Shown in pieces: positions 47,266 to 57,420 of a stretch of DNA of 64,000 nt (position 1 is the first letter of the stretch; each line of letters begins with the position of its first letter). The position numbers and the translations under genes are program-made. The notes below the pieces were generated by a model. It did no database searches. It was not told where the DNA came from and saw nothing but the letters and a program-made list of their open reading frames with translations. This DNA is from Candidatus Sungbacteria bacterium RIFCSPLOWO2_01_FULL_47_32 (GTDB taxonomy: Bacteria > Patescibacteriota > Minisyncoccia > Sungbacterales > GWA2-42-14): positions 13,881-77,880 of the forward strand of contig MHQP01000018.1 of the NCBI GenBank assembly GCA_001820685.1. Direction: 5' to 3'.

Positions 47266-48822
47266 ATGAAATCATCAGCAAAACCAGTCAGGGTCAGGAT
47301 TGCCCCAAGCCCAACCGGCAATCTTCACGTCGGTACCGCTCGTGCCGCCTTGTTTAATTATTTATTTGCAAAACACAACGATGGAACGTTTGTAGTCCGT
47401 ATTGAGGACACGGACACAGGACGCTCGACAAAAGAGTTTGAGAAAAATATTTTGGATGGTTTGCACTGGCTCGGGATCGATTGGGACGAAGGGCCGGAGC
47501 TTCAAGGAACCAGGTATCTTGGCAACCATGGACCGTACCGACAAACCGGACGCAGAGAAATATATAAAAAATATCTTGTACAATTATTGAACGAGGGGAA
47601 AGTTTTTGCCTGTTTTTGCGAAAAAAATAAAGAGGAAAGGAAGGAGAGCTCACCGAGGCATGCCGCCGATCTGCATAGTTGCCCCGACCGAGATCACGCG
47701 TACACGCTCGCAGGCTCAAGACCGTTCGTTATACGGTATAAAAATAGTGAATTTTTGGAATATTACGCTCGAAAGCAGGAGACCATTAAACACCCTGCGG
47801 AGTTAGGAGTGGCGGTAGATAGAGCAATCTACCAGGGCGCACTGATACAGTTTAACGACATTGTTAGGGATAAATTGGAATATCCTCAAGGACACCTGAT
47901 GGACTTTATTATTGCGAAAAGTCTTCATGAACCGCTTTACAACTTCGCCGTCGTTGTTGATGACCATGAAATGAAGATAACGCACGTTATCCGGGGTGAA
48001 GACCACATTCCAAACACTCCGAAGCAAATACTTCTTATCGAGGCGCTTGGCTTTTCACGCCCTGAATACGCTCATCTGCCGCTGATCCTCGGCCCAGACC
48101 GCTCAAAGCTCTCAAAACGCCATGGAGCGACGTCGGTTGATGAATATCAGGGACAAGGCTATTTGCCGGAAGCTTTGTTTAACTTCACAGCCCTTCTTGG
48201 GTGGAATCCAGGGGGAGAACAGGAAATTTTCCCAAAGTCGGAGCTGATAAAGCTTTTTTCACTTGAAAAAGTCCAGAAAGGCGGAGCTATTTTTGACACA
48301 AAAAAACTTGACTGGATGAACGGAGAGTACATTCGAAAGAAATCCATTGACGAGCTCGCGAGCCTTTGCATACCGTTTCTTGAACACGCGGGCACCGCCA
48401 ACCCGGGAGAACATGTGCGGAATCCAGAATGTCTTAAGAAAATAATGGCACTTGAACAGCCTCGCCTGAAGAAACTTTCTGAAATAGGGGAGAGGACTGA
48501 TTATTTTTTTAAGGAACCAGAATACGACCGCGAGCTTTTAAAATGGAAAACGATGTCTGAAGAGGAAATGGCCGGAACATTTGATACTCTCATTCACATT
48601 TTGTCTGATGTGACACTCCCACAATCAAAAGAAAAACTGGAAGAGCGGTTTCTTTTAGAAATCGGGACGGGAGATAAGGGACGGATCCTCTGGCCGCTCC
48701 GAGTCGCCCTTTCGGGGGAAAAATTCTCCCCTGGACCATTCGAAATACTTGAGATTCTCGGCCGGGAACAGGCACTCCGGCGCGTGAACAGGGCAAGAGA
48801 AATATATATGCAAAAGGTTTAA
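47266..48822 (+). CDS. gltX: Glutamate--tRNA ligase
   Basis: RIAPSPTGNLHVG, RIEDTD, HVIRGEDH, KLSKR. Confidence 0.96.
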   Translation: MKSSAKPVRVRIAPSPTGNLHVGTARAALFNYLFAKHNDGTFVVRIEDTDTGRSTKEFEKNILDGLHWLGIDWDEGPELQGTRYLGNHGPYRQTGRREIYKKYLVQLLNEGKVFACFCEKNKEERKESSPRHAADLHSCPDRDHAYTLAGSRPFVIRYKNSEFLEYYARKQETIKHPAELGVAVDRAIYQGALIQFNDIVRDKLEYPQGHLMDFIIAKSLHEPLYNFAVVVDDHEMKITHVIRGEDHIPNTPKQILLIEALGFSRPEYAHLPLILGPDRSKLSKRHGATSVDEYQGQGYLPEALFNFTALLGWNPGGEQEIFPKSELIKLFSLEKVQKGGAIFDTKKLDWMNGEYIRKKSIDELASLCIPFLEHAGTANPGEHVRNPECLKKIMALEQPRLKKLSEIGERTDYFFKEPEYDRELLKWKTMSEEEMAGTFDTLIHILSDVTLPQSKEKLEERFLLEIGTGDKGRILWPLRVALSGEKFSPGPFEILEILGREQALRRVNRAREIYMQKV

Positions 48823-48841
48823 AAATCGTTATACTGGATGC

Positions 48842-50095
48842 ATGAACCCCGGCGTATATCGTATAATCATCCGTTTTGCCGCGGTATTTCTTGCGGTATG
48901 TATTTTTAGCCAACCCGGCAGTGGGCGTGCTCTTACGGTTGAAGAGCTTCAAAAGCAAATAGACCAGAAGAACGCCAACATTAAAAAACTTGAAGCCGAC
49001 GAAGCAGCCTACCGCTCGACAATCACGGCAAGCCAAAAAACAGCAAAGACCCTCAAAAACCAGATTGGACAAATAGATGCGAACATCAAGGGATTTGATT
49101 CAAAAATAAGGATAACGAACGTCAAAATCGAAAAAGCAAACCTTGAAATAGAGGCTTTAGAACAGGGGATAGCCGATAAGGAGGCGAAAATTGCAAGACA
49201 AAAAGAAGGTATGGCGGAAGTATTGCGCCAGCTTTCGAAAAAAGACCATGAAACAATGCTTGCCGTACTGATAAAAAATGACTCATTTTCGAAGTTCCTT
49301 GGCTCGATAAACGATTTCGTTCTCGTGCAAAAGCGCTTTGATAGCTACCTTTCTCAGCTAAAACAGATCAGAACCGACCTTGGAAATCAGAAAGATGCCG
49401 CAGAGTCGAAAAAGGCGGAGTTACATCAGCTTTCCGATACTCTGGCAGACCAAAAATCTCTTCAGCAGTCCCAGCGCACCGCGCGAAATCAGCTTCTTTC
49501 CCAGACAAAGAATAAGGAACTTTCCTATCAAAACCTCCTCAAACTGAACCAGGCACAACAGGACCAGTTTCAAAAAGAACTTGAGGCGCTTGAGGAAAAA
49601 TTGCGGGTTTTGGTCGACCCGGCGTCCCTTCCTTCGGCACGCAAGGGATTTTTTTTGTGGCCCGCAGAGGGGAGGCTATCGCAAGGATACGGCCGCACGG
49701 CGTTTGCTATACGCTCTGACTTTTATAGTTTCCACAATGGCATCGATATTGCGAACGCGTACGGAACGCCGATCCTGGCACCGTATGACGGGCGTGTTGT
49801 GCACACCGGCGATAACGATAAGTACTGCCCGCACGGCGCGTATGGAAAGTTTATTTTAATCGACCACGGAAATAACCTTACAACTCTTTACGGGCATCTT
49901 TCGCTGACCAAAGTCTCGGAAGGAGGTATAGTCAAACAAGGCCAACTTATCGGATACATGGGGATATCCGGTCTTGCAACCGGATCCCATCTGCATTTTA
50001 CGGTTTATGATTCGAGAACTCTTGAATTCAAGCAGAGTCGTGTTTGCGGCCCCATGCCGTATGGCGGTTCTGTAAATCCGCTTGATTATCTGTAA
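48842..50095 (+). CDS. Coiled-coil M23 family peptidoglycan endopeptidase
   Basis: Signal peptide, long coiled coil, HNGID, YGHL, HLHF. Confidence 0.9.
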   Translation: MNPGVYRIIIRFAAVFLAVCIFSQPGSGRALTVEELQKQIDQKNANIKKLEADEAAYRSTITASQKTAKTLKNQIGQIDANIKGFDSKIRITNVKIEKANLEIEALEQGIADKEAKIARQKEGMAEVLRQLSKKDHETMLAVLIKNDSFSKFLGSINDFVLVQKRFDSYLSQLKQIRTDLGNQKDAAESKKAELHQLSDTLADQKSLQQSQRTARNQLLSQTKNKELSYQNLLKLNQAQQDQFQKELEALEEKLRVLVDPASLPSARKGFFLWPAEGRLSQGYGRTAFAIRSDFYSFHNGIDIANAYGTPILAPYDGRVVHTGDNDKYCPHGAYGKFILIDHGNNLTTLYGHLSLTKVSEGGIVKQGQLIGYMGISGLATGSHLHFTVYDSRTLEFKQSRVCGPMPYGGSVNPLDYL

Positions 50096-50109
50096 AAAAA
50101 CAGCAACAT

Positions 50110-50541
50110 ATGACTGAAAAGGCAATAATCATATTTCCAGCACTTCTAGTCCTCATTTTTTCGTCCCTAACGGCGGAGGCGCGTTTTACGGGCGTAAACA
50201 ACCAAACGAACACTTCAACCTCTTCCGGGTTAACAATGGCCGCCTCAAGTACTGCCGGAAGCGCTACAGCAACACCTCAAGCTACCTCAAGCACCAGCCT
50301 TGACCCAAACACCTTGTTTAAGAACATCCGAAACGCCTTATCAATCGAACTGCCCGGCTTGCATCTTAACCTTATTTCCGGTCCAATTTCCGATTTTTTT
50401 AAGCAGAAGACAATCCTCGCCGGGGATGCGTTACGAAAGAGCGTGTACGCGAATATTTCCGATATTTTACACCGTATCAACGAAGCAGTGAAAAAATGGA
50501 TAGACCAGTTTCGTCGCGATTTCGGGACATTGCGGAGTTGA
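50110..50541 (+). CDS. Hypothetical secreted Ser/Thr-rich protein
   Basis: Signal peptide ending AEA. Follows the M23 gene by 14 nt. Confidence 0.65.
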   Translation: MTEKAIIIFPALLVLIFSSLTAEARFTGVNNQTNTSTSSGLTMAASSTAGSATATPQATSSTSLDPNTLFKNIRNALSIELPGLHLNLISGPISDFFKQKTILAGDALRKSVYANISDILHRINEAVKKWIDQFRRDFGTLRS

Positions 50542-50653
50542 GGAAACACCCTGCACTATGCGTCGTAAAAGGTATATTGTGCGACTGTATAGAACAAAAG
50601 AAATAGGCCTAAAAAGGCCTTCCCCCGCAGTGTTTATACCACAAGGATTTAAT

Positions 50654-50935
50654 TTAGATGTATTCTCTATTCCGAGGCGACACAATAAGCGTTCCAAGGC
50701 CGGATAAAAGAATGCTTGAAGCGAAATAGCGACAGCGTTTTTTGAGATCAGCGCCGCGAGTTATCCGAAAGCTGTGTCCGGCTTGTTCTGCCGCTTTCCT
50801 GAAAGCCGCCATGAAACTGTTCGGGCTTGCGTGCGGCTTCTGGCACGCCTTTTGCATTCGCATTACTATCTCAAGCGGAGTTCCGGAGTATGTCTCTCCA
50901 GGAAAGCCGTTCAGGGACTTGATCCGTATCTTCAT
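50654..50935 (-). CDS. Hypothetical protein
   Basis: 93-aa ORF in the gap divergent from the nuclease gene. Confidence 0.5.
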   Translation of the reverse strand: MKIRIKSLNGFPGETYSGTPLEIVMRMQKACQKPHASPNSFMAAFRKAAEQAGHSFRITRGADLKKRCRYFASSILLSGLGTLIVSPRNREYI

Positions 50936-51007
50936 CTGCTCATGCCCCGCACCAATTTTTTAAATGCGCTTTATACTAGCCTTTCTTCAGAAATATTGCA
51001 AACCGCC

Positions 51008-52207
51008 ATGAGAACATCTTATTCCGCATTGCAGACATACACGCAGTGCCCTCAAAAATATAAGTTCCAGGAGATAGACAGGATACCTGCAAAAAAATCA
51101 AAGGAAGCTGTTTTTGGAACCTATGTGCATAGCGCCCTGAACTTTATGTTCAAGCAGACTCCCCTTTTCCCGACAGTAGAGGAGACTTGCGGTCATTTCC
51201 GAATAAATTTTCCCGCGTCTCCGAATGATGTATTCGAAACCGAAGCGATACGCAAAGCCTATTTCGACGAAGGGGTCCGTATTCTAAAAAGTTTTTATAA
51301 AAAAAATCCGCCTTGGAATTTTTCCGTTCTTGGCCTTGAAACACGCTTTGAAGTAATTCTTGAGGATGAAAAGAACAGCGCAACACATATTCTTGCAGGG
51401 AAGATTGACCGCATCGACAAGCTTTCCGACGGAACGTATGAGATTATAGATTACAAAACAGCAAAGCGCCTCCCCTCCCAGGAGGCGGTTGACTCCGACC
51501 TTCAATTATCGCTCTATGCCCTTGGTGTTCAAAAAAAATGGCCGCACATGAGTTCAGAGAATCTGAAAGTTTCGCTTTACTTCCTAAAGCACCAGGAAAA
51601 GCTCTCGTCCCTGCGAACCCCGGACTCGGGGCAACGTGTTCTCCGGAACGCACTTGAAACTATCTCTGAAATATCGACGCGCACCGCTGGGAATAAGCAG
51701 TTCGAGCCGATGCCATCGGCTCTTTGCGATTATTGTCCATATAAACCGCTATGCCCGGCATGGAAACATCTATACCGGAAACGAGCAACGAATCCTACGG
51801 ACTCCGCTCCCCTTCCAATCGATGACATTACAAAAGAATACCTTGCTTTAAAAAAGGAGGACCAAAAGAATGGAAAACGCATGGACGAACTTCAAGCGAA
51901 AATAAAAGAATATATGGAACGTGAAGGCGTTACGCGCGTGTTTGGGGACGAGGGATATATCTCTCGCTCTGTTCAGACGCGCCACTCCTATCGTTTCGAC
52001 AAAATACGGGAAATACTTGAGCCAATCGGTAAATGGAAAGACATATTGGATGCCGATGAAAAAAAGCTCAGGTCTTTGATGAAGGAACTGCCGGAAGAAA
52101 CACGGCAAAAACTTATTCTTTACGGCATCGAGACAAGAGAGTTCATTGCTTTGAAGGTTTCTTTGAAGAAAATAAAAAGTCCGGAAGAAGTTTCTCCGGC
52201 ACAATAA
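51008..52207 (+). CDS. PD-(D/E)XK RecB-family nuclease
   Basis: SYSALQTYTQCP, GTYVH, GKIDRID, IIDYKT, QLSLY, CDYCPYKPLC. Start at ATG 51008. Confidence 0.88.
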   Translation: MRTSYSALQTYTQCPQKYKFQEIDRIPAKKSKEAVFGTYVHSALNFMFKQTPLFPTVEETCGHFRINFPASPNDVFETEAIRKAYFDEGVRILKSFYKKNPPWNFSVLGLETRFEVILEDEKNSATHILAGKIDRIDKLSDGTYEIIDYKTAKRLPSQEAVDSDLQLSLYALGVQKKWPHMSSENLKVSLYFLKHQEKLSSLRTPDSGQRVLRNALETISEISTRTAGNKQFEPMPSALCDYCPYKPLCPAWKHLYRKRATNPTDSAPLPIDDITKEYLALKKEDQKNGKRMDELQAKIKEYMEREGVTRVFGDEGYISRSVQTRHSYRFDKIREILEPIGKWKDILDADEKKLRSLMKELPEETRQKLILYGIETREFIALKVSLKKIKSPEEVSPAQ

Positions 52208-52228
52208 TACACCCTAAAATTTCTGCCC

Positions 52229-52633
52229 CTAAAGGCCGGCGCAGTTGCCGGCAGGCTTATATCCCTTCGCTTCGGCTTCTTCTTTAGTTTGGAACCATAT
52301 TTTATTTCCCTCTTTCATTTTTTGAGCTCCTGGACACCACGGAAAATGGTATGCGGTTCCATTTTTTGACGCAACATACATTCCGTGCAGGTCTTTTTGG
52401 CGCGTAGTACTCGCTAATCCGGACTCTTTGCCACCTACCCGCGCACCCAGAGAAAGGTTCGCTGTGTGTTCACTTTGACGAATCGTTATCGCATGCGACT
52501 TCGGCCATACTGCCGAAAGGCGGCCAAGTCCGAAACTTGCGAGGGCCACGAGAAAGACTATCAATCCCAAAAGAAGATCTTTCCCGGACTCTTTGAGGTA
52601 CCCCTTGATTTTTTCATAAAATAGGTATAGCAT
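52229..52633 (-). CDS. Membrane protein with Ada-like metal-binding C-terminal domain
   Basis: TM + SFGLGRLS. YVASKNGTAYHFPWCPGA...FQTKEEAEAKGY. Confidence 0.78.
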   Translation of the reverse strand: MLYLFYEKIKGYLKESGKDLLLGLIVFLVALASFGLGRLSAVWPKSHAITIRQSEHTANLSLGARVGGKESGLASTTRQKDLHGMYVASKNGTAYHFPWCPGAQKMKEGNKIWFQTKEEAEAKGYKPAGNCAGL

Positions 52634-52739
52634 ATATAAAACTAAGAAAATCGTAATGAGTGGATGTTTTTCGGGTTTTTGGCCGGTCCTCCCCCGCGGG
52701 AAGACATAATACCGAAGCAGTCGGCTCTTATATACTTCT

Positions 52740-53021
52740 ATGGCGCATACAAAAGCAGGCGGAACAACTAAACTGGGAAGAGATTCACAGCCTAAATATC
52801 TCGGAGTTAAGAGATACAGCGGTGAGGCCGTAAAGCCGGGTGAAATTTTGGTACGCCAGCGCGGAACAAAGATACTCCCCGGAAAGAATGTCCGTACCGG
52901 AAGCGATTATACATTATATGCGGTAAGAACCGGATTTGTAAAGTTTCAAAATGTGCGCAAAACGCGCTTTGACGGAACAAAGCGCTATGCAAAACTGGTA
53001 AGCGTTGTAGAAAAACGCTAA
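52740..53021 (+). CDS. rpmA: 50S ribosomal protein L27
   Basis: [30 protein letters not shown]. Confidence 0.97.
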   Translation: MAHTKAGGTTKLGRDSQPKYLGVKRYSGEAVKPGEILVRQRGTKILPGKNVRTGSDYTLYAVRTGFVKFQNVRKTRFDGTKRYAKLVSVVEKR

Positions 53022-53086
53022 CCCCGCTCGTTGAAAAACCGAAAAAACCGCCTACCCCCAAACATGCCCCCCGAACGGAGAAAGCC

Positions 53087-53662
53087 ATGACCGCTCTTGA
53101 AACACCCGGAGAGACATCCCCAACGCTTCTTCCGGAGCCTTTCACGCGTGACCCAAAAGGACATCCCGTGTTTACCCACGAATTCTGCGGCGGAGATATC
53201 CTCCAGGATGAGGAGAAAGGAGTTCCTGGATACCGCAGGTGCGCAAAATGCCGAAAGAAATTTCCAGCGAATCTCGAGCACACAGAACCCGATGTTATGG
53301 GGAAAGTATGCGGCGGACGCTTCCGCTTTCTTGATGCCAATGACGAAACCGGACACTCCCGTCCGCTATCTAGGCGGACATTTGATCGAACATGCTCAGC
53401 ATGCGGTAAAAAGGAGCACCACTCAACGACGCACATGATTGTTGTCTTCAAAAAAGGCATTTTCGAGGAAACAGCGAAGCATTTTATTCGCGCGAGAACC
53501 TTTACCTTATCTGAGATCAAGCACGACACTCACGACCCAGCAATTGTGGCAATGGTTGTTAGCATACCACGCTCATCTGCGCCGTTACCTCTCTGTTCGT
53601 ATGTTGACAGACTCGAGGAAGAGCACGAGGTCCTTATGGCCTCTCCAATTCTCTCAAAATGA
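53087..53662 (+). CDS. Hypothetical protein with two Zn-ribbon-like motifs
   Basis: HEFCGG...CAKC and VCGG...CSAC. Confidence 0.55.
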   Translation: MTALETPGETSPTLLPEPFTRDPKGHPVFTHEFCGGDILQDEEKGVPGYRRCAKCRKKFPANLEHTEPDVMGKVCGGRFRFLDANDETGHSRPLSRRTFDRTCSACGKKEHHSTTHMIVVFKKGIFEETAKHFIRARTFTLSEIKHDTHDPAIVAMVVSIPRSSAPLPLCSYVDRLEEEHEVLMASPILSK

Positions 53663-53766
53663 AAACCGCCTTCCGGCGATTTTTTATTACTTGTCCTCAA
53701 TTCCCCCTTCCCACTCACGCAAAGCATAGCCGACATAAACGTCAAAACATTCTTAGCTCACAAAAT

Positions 53767-55392
53767 TTATTTTCTCTTCTTTGCGGCTGCACGGATAAAT
53801 TCGCGGAAAAGCGGATGCGGATTCAGAGGACGCGATTTGAATTCGGGATGAAACTGGGTACCGACAAAAAACGGATGGTTTTTGAGTTCAACAATTTCGA
53901 CGAGATTTCGCTCCGGGTTCACGCCTGATACGATAAGCCCTCTTGCTTCAAGAGTTTCTCGAAAATCGTTATTGACCTCATAGCGGTGGCGATGGCGCTC
54001 GGAAACAAGTTTTGTCTTATACGCGCGGTATGCGTGCGTCCCTTTTTTTACTTCACACGTATACGCCCCGAGCCGCATCGAACCGCCCAGATGCTTTTCG
54101 CTGATGTTAATGAGCTGTTCAGGAAGCGTATCTACGACGGGGTATTTTGTCTTTGGCGCGACTTCTGTTGTATTTGCTCCGGGCATACGGGCAATGTGGC
54201 GGGCAAATTCAACAACCGCAAGCTGAAGGCCGTAGCAAAGGCCTAAAAAGGGTACTTTATTCTTGCGCACATACTCAATTGCTTTTATCTTACCTTCAAC
54301 CCCGCGCGCTCCAAACCCGCCGGGAACGACAATCCCATCAAATTCTTTGAGCTCTTTTAGTGACTTCGGGTCTTTTTCGTATTTTTCCGCATTCAGCCAC
54401 ACAAGCTCCGGCTTTCCTCCTCCCGCCCAGATTGCATGCTTCAGAGCTTCAATAACTGAAATGTAGGAATCGGCAAGGGTAAAGCTCCCGGTACCGAAAT
54501 ATTTTCCGATTATCCCGATGGTGACGACTCGATTTGCGCGGCGTATTTTTCTGACAAGCCGTTCCCAGTCCTTATTATTTTTCTTACGGGACCTCAGCTC
54601 GAATTTCGAGAGCAGCCGGTCACCAAGCCTTTCCTTTTCAAAATTTACCGGAACCTCATAAATTGTCGTTATATCGGGGGCTGAAATAACATCTTCGGGT
54701 GAAACGTTGCAAAAAATAGAAATTTTTCTTTTTCGCGGTTCATCCAGCGGCATAACAGAGCGCGCAATAATAATGTCAGGCTGAATTCCGGCATAATTCA
54801 TGGAGCGCACCGCGTATTGAGTCGGCTTTGTTTTCATCTCGCCGATCATTTTTGGAACCGGTAAATATGACACGAGAACGAACAGGACATCCTTCGGGTG
54901 TGTAAGGCGCATGATGCGACCTGCTTCAAGAAAAAGAGCATTTTGATACTCCCCCACAGTTCCGCCAATCTCGATAAGAACGAGCTCGGCTTTCGCCTTT
55001 TTTCCCGCCCGTTCAAGCCTCCGGATAACCTCTTCAGGAATATGGGGAATGGTTTCGACGCATCGCCCGCCGTATTCAAGATTCCGCTCCCGCTGAATAA
55101 CCGTCTGGTAGATAAGCCCGGTCGTCATATAGTTGTCGCGCGGAAGATTCTCATCCAAAAAACGTTCATAGTTCCCGACGTCCTGGTCGCACTCAACGCC
55201 GTCTTCCGTTACAAAAACTTCCCCATGCTCAATGGGGTTCATCGTTCCGGCGTCCACGTTGATATAGGGGTCAATTTTGACCGCTGTTACGCGGAATCCC
55301 CGGCTTTTTAAAATACGACCGATCGAAGAAGTTGAAACGCCCTTTCCTATCCCCGACATGACGCCGCCGCAGACGAATATGTATTTTGTCAT
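53767..55392 (-). CDS. pyrG: CTP synthase
   Basis: KYIFVCGGVMSGIGKG, DPYINVDAGTM, KTKPTQ, GLCYG, RHRHRYE, QFHPE. Start at ATG 55392. Confidence 0.97.
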   Translation of the reverse strand: MTKYIFVCGGVMSGIGKGVSTSSIGRILKSRGFRVTAVKIDPYINVDAGTMNPIEHGEVFVTEDGVECDQDVGNYERFLDENLPRDNYMTTGLIYQTVIQRERNLEYGGRCVETIPHIPEEVIRRLERAGKKAKAELVLIEIGGTVGEYQNALFLEAGRIMRLTHPKDVLFVLVSYLPVPKMIGEMKTKPTQYAVRSMNYAGIQPDIIIARSVMPLDEPRKRKISIFCNVSPEDVISAPDITTIYEVPVNFEKERLGDRLLSKFELRSRKKNNKDWERLVRKIRRANRVVTIGIIGKYFGTGSFTLADSYISVIEALKHAIWAGGGKPELVWLNAEKYEKDPKSLKELKEFDGIVVPGGFGARGVEGKIKAIEYVRKNKVPFLGLCYGLQLAVVEFARHIARMPGANTTEVAPKTKYPVVDTLPEQLINISEKHLGGSMRLGAYTCEVKKGTHAYRAYKTKLVSERHRHRYEVNNDFRETLEARGLIVSGVNPERNLVEIVELKNHPFFVGTQFHPEFKSRPLNPHPLFREFIRAAAKKRK

Positions 55393-55396
55393 TGTG

Positions 55397-55867
55397 CTAA
55401 GATTTTGACTTTTTCCCTTTAGATTCTTCTTTTTCAACAAGGACTTTCACCGAAGTTTCAATGCCGAACGGGAGCTTGAGCGTAACATTCCATCCGCCTG
55501 TCTTTTTTATCGGTTCTTCGAGCGCTATCCACTCCTTCTCAATATGGAACTTTTCCCGCTTCAGAGCATCGGCAATATCCTTTGACGAAGCTGAACCGAA
55601 CGCTTGCCCTTCCTCTCCAATCTTCAGTCTGATCGTTACTTGGTGCCCGATGAGGCGTGTCGCAAGAGCCTGAACTTCCTCCATTTTCTTTTTTTTGCTC
55701 GCTTCTTCCCGTGCAGTGGCGTTCCCGATCATCTTCACCACCCCGTCCGTTGCCGGAAATGCAAGATCCTTAGGAAAAAGAAAATTGCGGGCGAATCCCT
55801 CCGCGACTTCTTTCACATCGCCTTTTTTTCCAAGTGAAGCAACCTTTTCTTTTAATATGACTTTCAT
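55397..55867 (-). CDS. rplI: 50S ribosomal protein L9
   Basis: MKVIL, LGKKGDVKEV, GFARNFLFP, FGS, PIK. Confidence 0.96.
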   Translation of the reverse strand: MKVILKEKVASLGKKGDVKEVAEGFARNFLFPKDLAFPATDGVVKMIGNATAREEASKKKKMEEVQALATRLIGHQVTIRLKIGEEGQAFGSASSKDIADALKREKFHIEKEWIALEEPIKKTGGWNVTLKLPFGIETSVKVLVEKEESKGKKSKS

Positions 55868-55892
55868 ACGTCTAACGAATAGTTAAAGAAAA

Positions 55893-56162
55893 TTATCGGA
55901 TTTCAAACCCGGTGAATTCTCCTGTTGCAGTATCTTTGCGCGATTCAACGCGATCAACGCGCGACCATTCTGTACCCTTTTTACACCATTCCTCGAGTTT
56001 CTGCAATGCTTCGCCGTTTCCTTCGGCAGTGATGACAACAGAGCCATCTGCGTCGTTTCTTACAAATCCCGTGATACCGAGGCTTTTAGCAACCGTCCGT
56101 GCACTCTCCCTGAAAAAGACTCCCTGCACCAGGCCGATGACGCGAAAGAACATGCGCTCCAT
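55893..56162 (-). CDS. acyP: Acylphosphatase
   Basis: GLVQGVFFR, GFVRN, DGSV, FEIR. Confidence 0.93.
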   Translation of the reverse strand: MERMFFRVIGLVQGVFFRESARTVAKSLGITGFVRNDADGSVVITAEGNGEALQKLEEWCKKGTEWSRVDRVESRKDTATGEFTGFEIR

Positions 56163-56163
56163 A

Positions 56164-57387
56164 TTATTTTACGCTTTTTAGGACTTCAACCGCTTTATCC
56201 AGCTGGGGATCGCGCGTATTGTCCACATCTTCCTGCTTTATTTCAACCGCAATATCGGGCTCAAGACCAAGCTCGTTTATAGAATGTCCGTTTGGAGTCA
56301 TCCACTTGGCGATAGTAACTTTCAGCGATGCGTTGCCCAAAAGCTGTTCAAGCTCCTGAACCGAGCCTTTGCCGAAGGATTTTTGGCCGATAAGCTTGAT
56401 ATCCCGCTTATCCCGGAGAGCTCCCGCGAGAATCTCGGATGCGGAAGCAGAACCTTGGTTTATAAGTACGACAACGGGTGTCCGCTCAAGAACGCGATAT
56501 CCCACAGAGCGGTATAAAAGCTCCTCCCCGCTTGAAAAGTGCTCCCGCGCCACAACATCGCCTTCCGGCAGAAACCACGACGCCATGTCAACCGCTGCCT
56601 GCAAATATCCACCGGGGTTATTTCTGACATCCAGAATAAGTTTTGTGGAGCCGGAATTCTGAAATTCAATAAGCGCTTTTCTGAATTCCCTTGGCGAATT
56701 TTCGTTAAAATTATAAAGATGGATGTAAAAAATGCCGGCTTCAAGTTTTTTTGTGTCCGTGACAGGTATCTGAATGGTGCCCCGGATGACCTTTATTTCC
56801 TTAGCTGTTTCGGCTTTTTCGTGAACTATCGTTAAAAGAACCGGCGTTCCTTTTTCTCCGCGGATGTATGAAACCGCTTCGTCAAGCGTTAAATCAAGTG
56901 TTGAGGTGCTGTTGATCTTGAGAATTTTATCTCCAGCAAGAATTCCTGCGTGTTCCGAAGGAGAATCTTTTAAGGGCGATATGACGGTAAGAATGCCCTT
57001 TCTCATTCCAATTTCGGCGCCTATGCCGCCGAACTCGCCATGTATATCGTCATTGAATCGTTTTGCCTCCTCGGGCGGAAAAAAAACCGTATATGGGTCT
57101 CCGAGCGATTTGACCATGCCGTCTACCGCCCCAAAAACAAGTTTTTCGGGGTCTATTTTCTGCTTATCGACGAATTTATCCTCAAGGCGTGACCACACAT
57201 CCCAAAAAATGGAGAAATCGGCCGCATGCTGTAAGGGAACCGACGGGTTTTTTCCGGAAACGTTGATGACGTAATCGGGAGACGGCGTTCTTTGCTCGCC
57301 CAAAAAAACGCCGCTCATAAATGAAACGGCTATAATGGCGCATGCGGCGAGAATAATGCCTATTTTTTTGATAATTGTTTTTTGCAC
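56164..57387 (-). CDS. ctpA: Carboxyl-terminal processing protease (S41)
   Basis: DPYT, PDZ GGIGAEI, DVRNNPGG, SASASEI, GKGSVQ. Confidence 0.92.
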   Translation of the reverse strand: MQKTIIKKIGIILAACAIIAVSFMSGVFLGEQRTPSPDYVINVSGKNPSVPLQHAADFSIFWDVWSRLEDKFVDKQKIDPEKLVFGAVDGMVKSLGDPYTVFFPPEEAKRFNDDIHGEFGGIGAEIGMRKGILTVISPLKDSPSEHAGILAGDKILKINSTSTLDLTLDEAVSYIRGEKGTPVLLTIVHEKAETAKEIKVIRGTIQIPVTDTKKLEAGIFYIHLYNFNENSPREFRKALIEFQNSGSTKLILDVRNNPGGYLQAAVDMASWFLPEGDVVAREHFSSGEELLYRSVGYRVLERTPVVVLINQGSASASEILAGALRDKRDIKLIGQKSFGKGSVQELEQLLGNASLKVTIAKWMTPNGHSINELGLEPDIAVEIKQEDVDNTRDPQLDKAVEVLKSVK

Positions 57388-57420
57388 AAAAATTTTAGTT
57401 TCGGTATGTTAATTATATCA

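Noticed and set aside
51008-52207. Cas4/CRISPR system
   Set aside because: No repeat-spacer array and no other cas genes are in the window.
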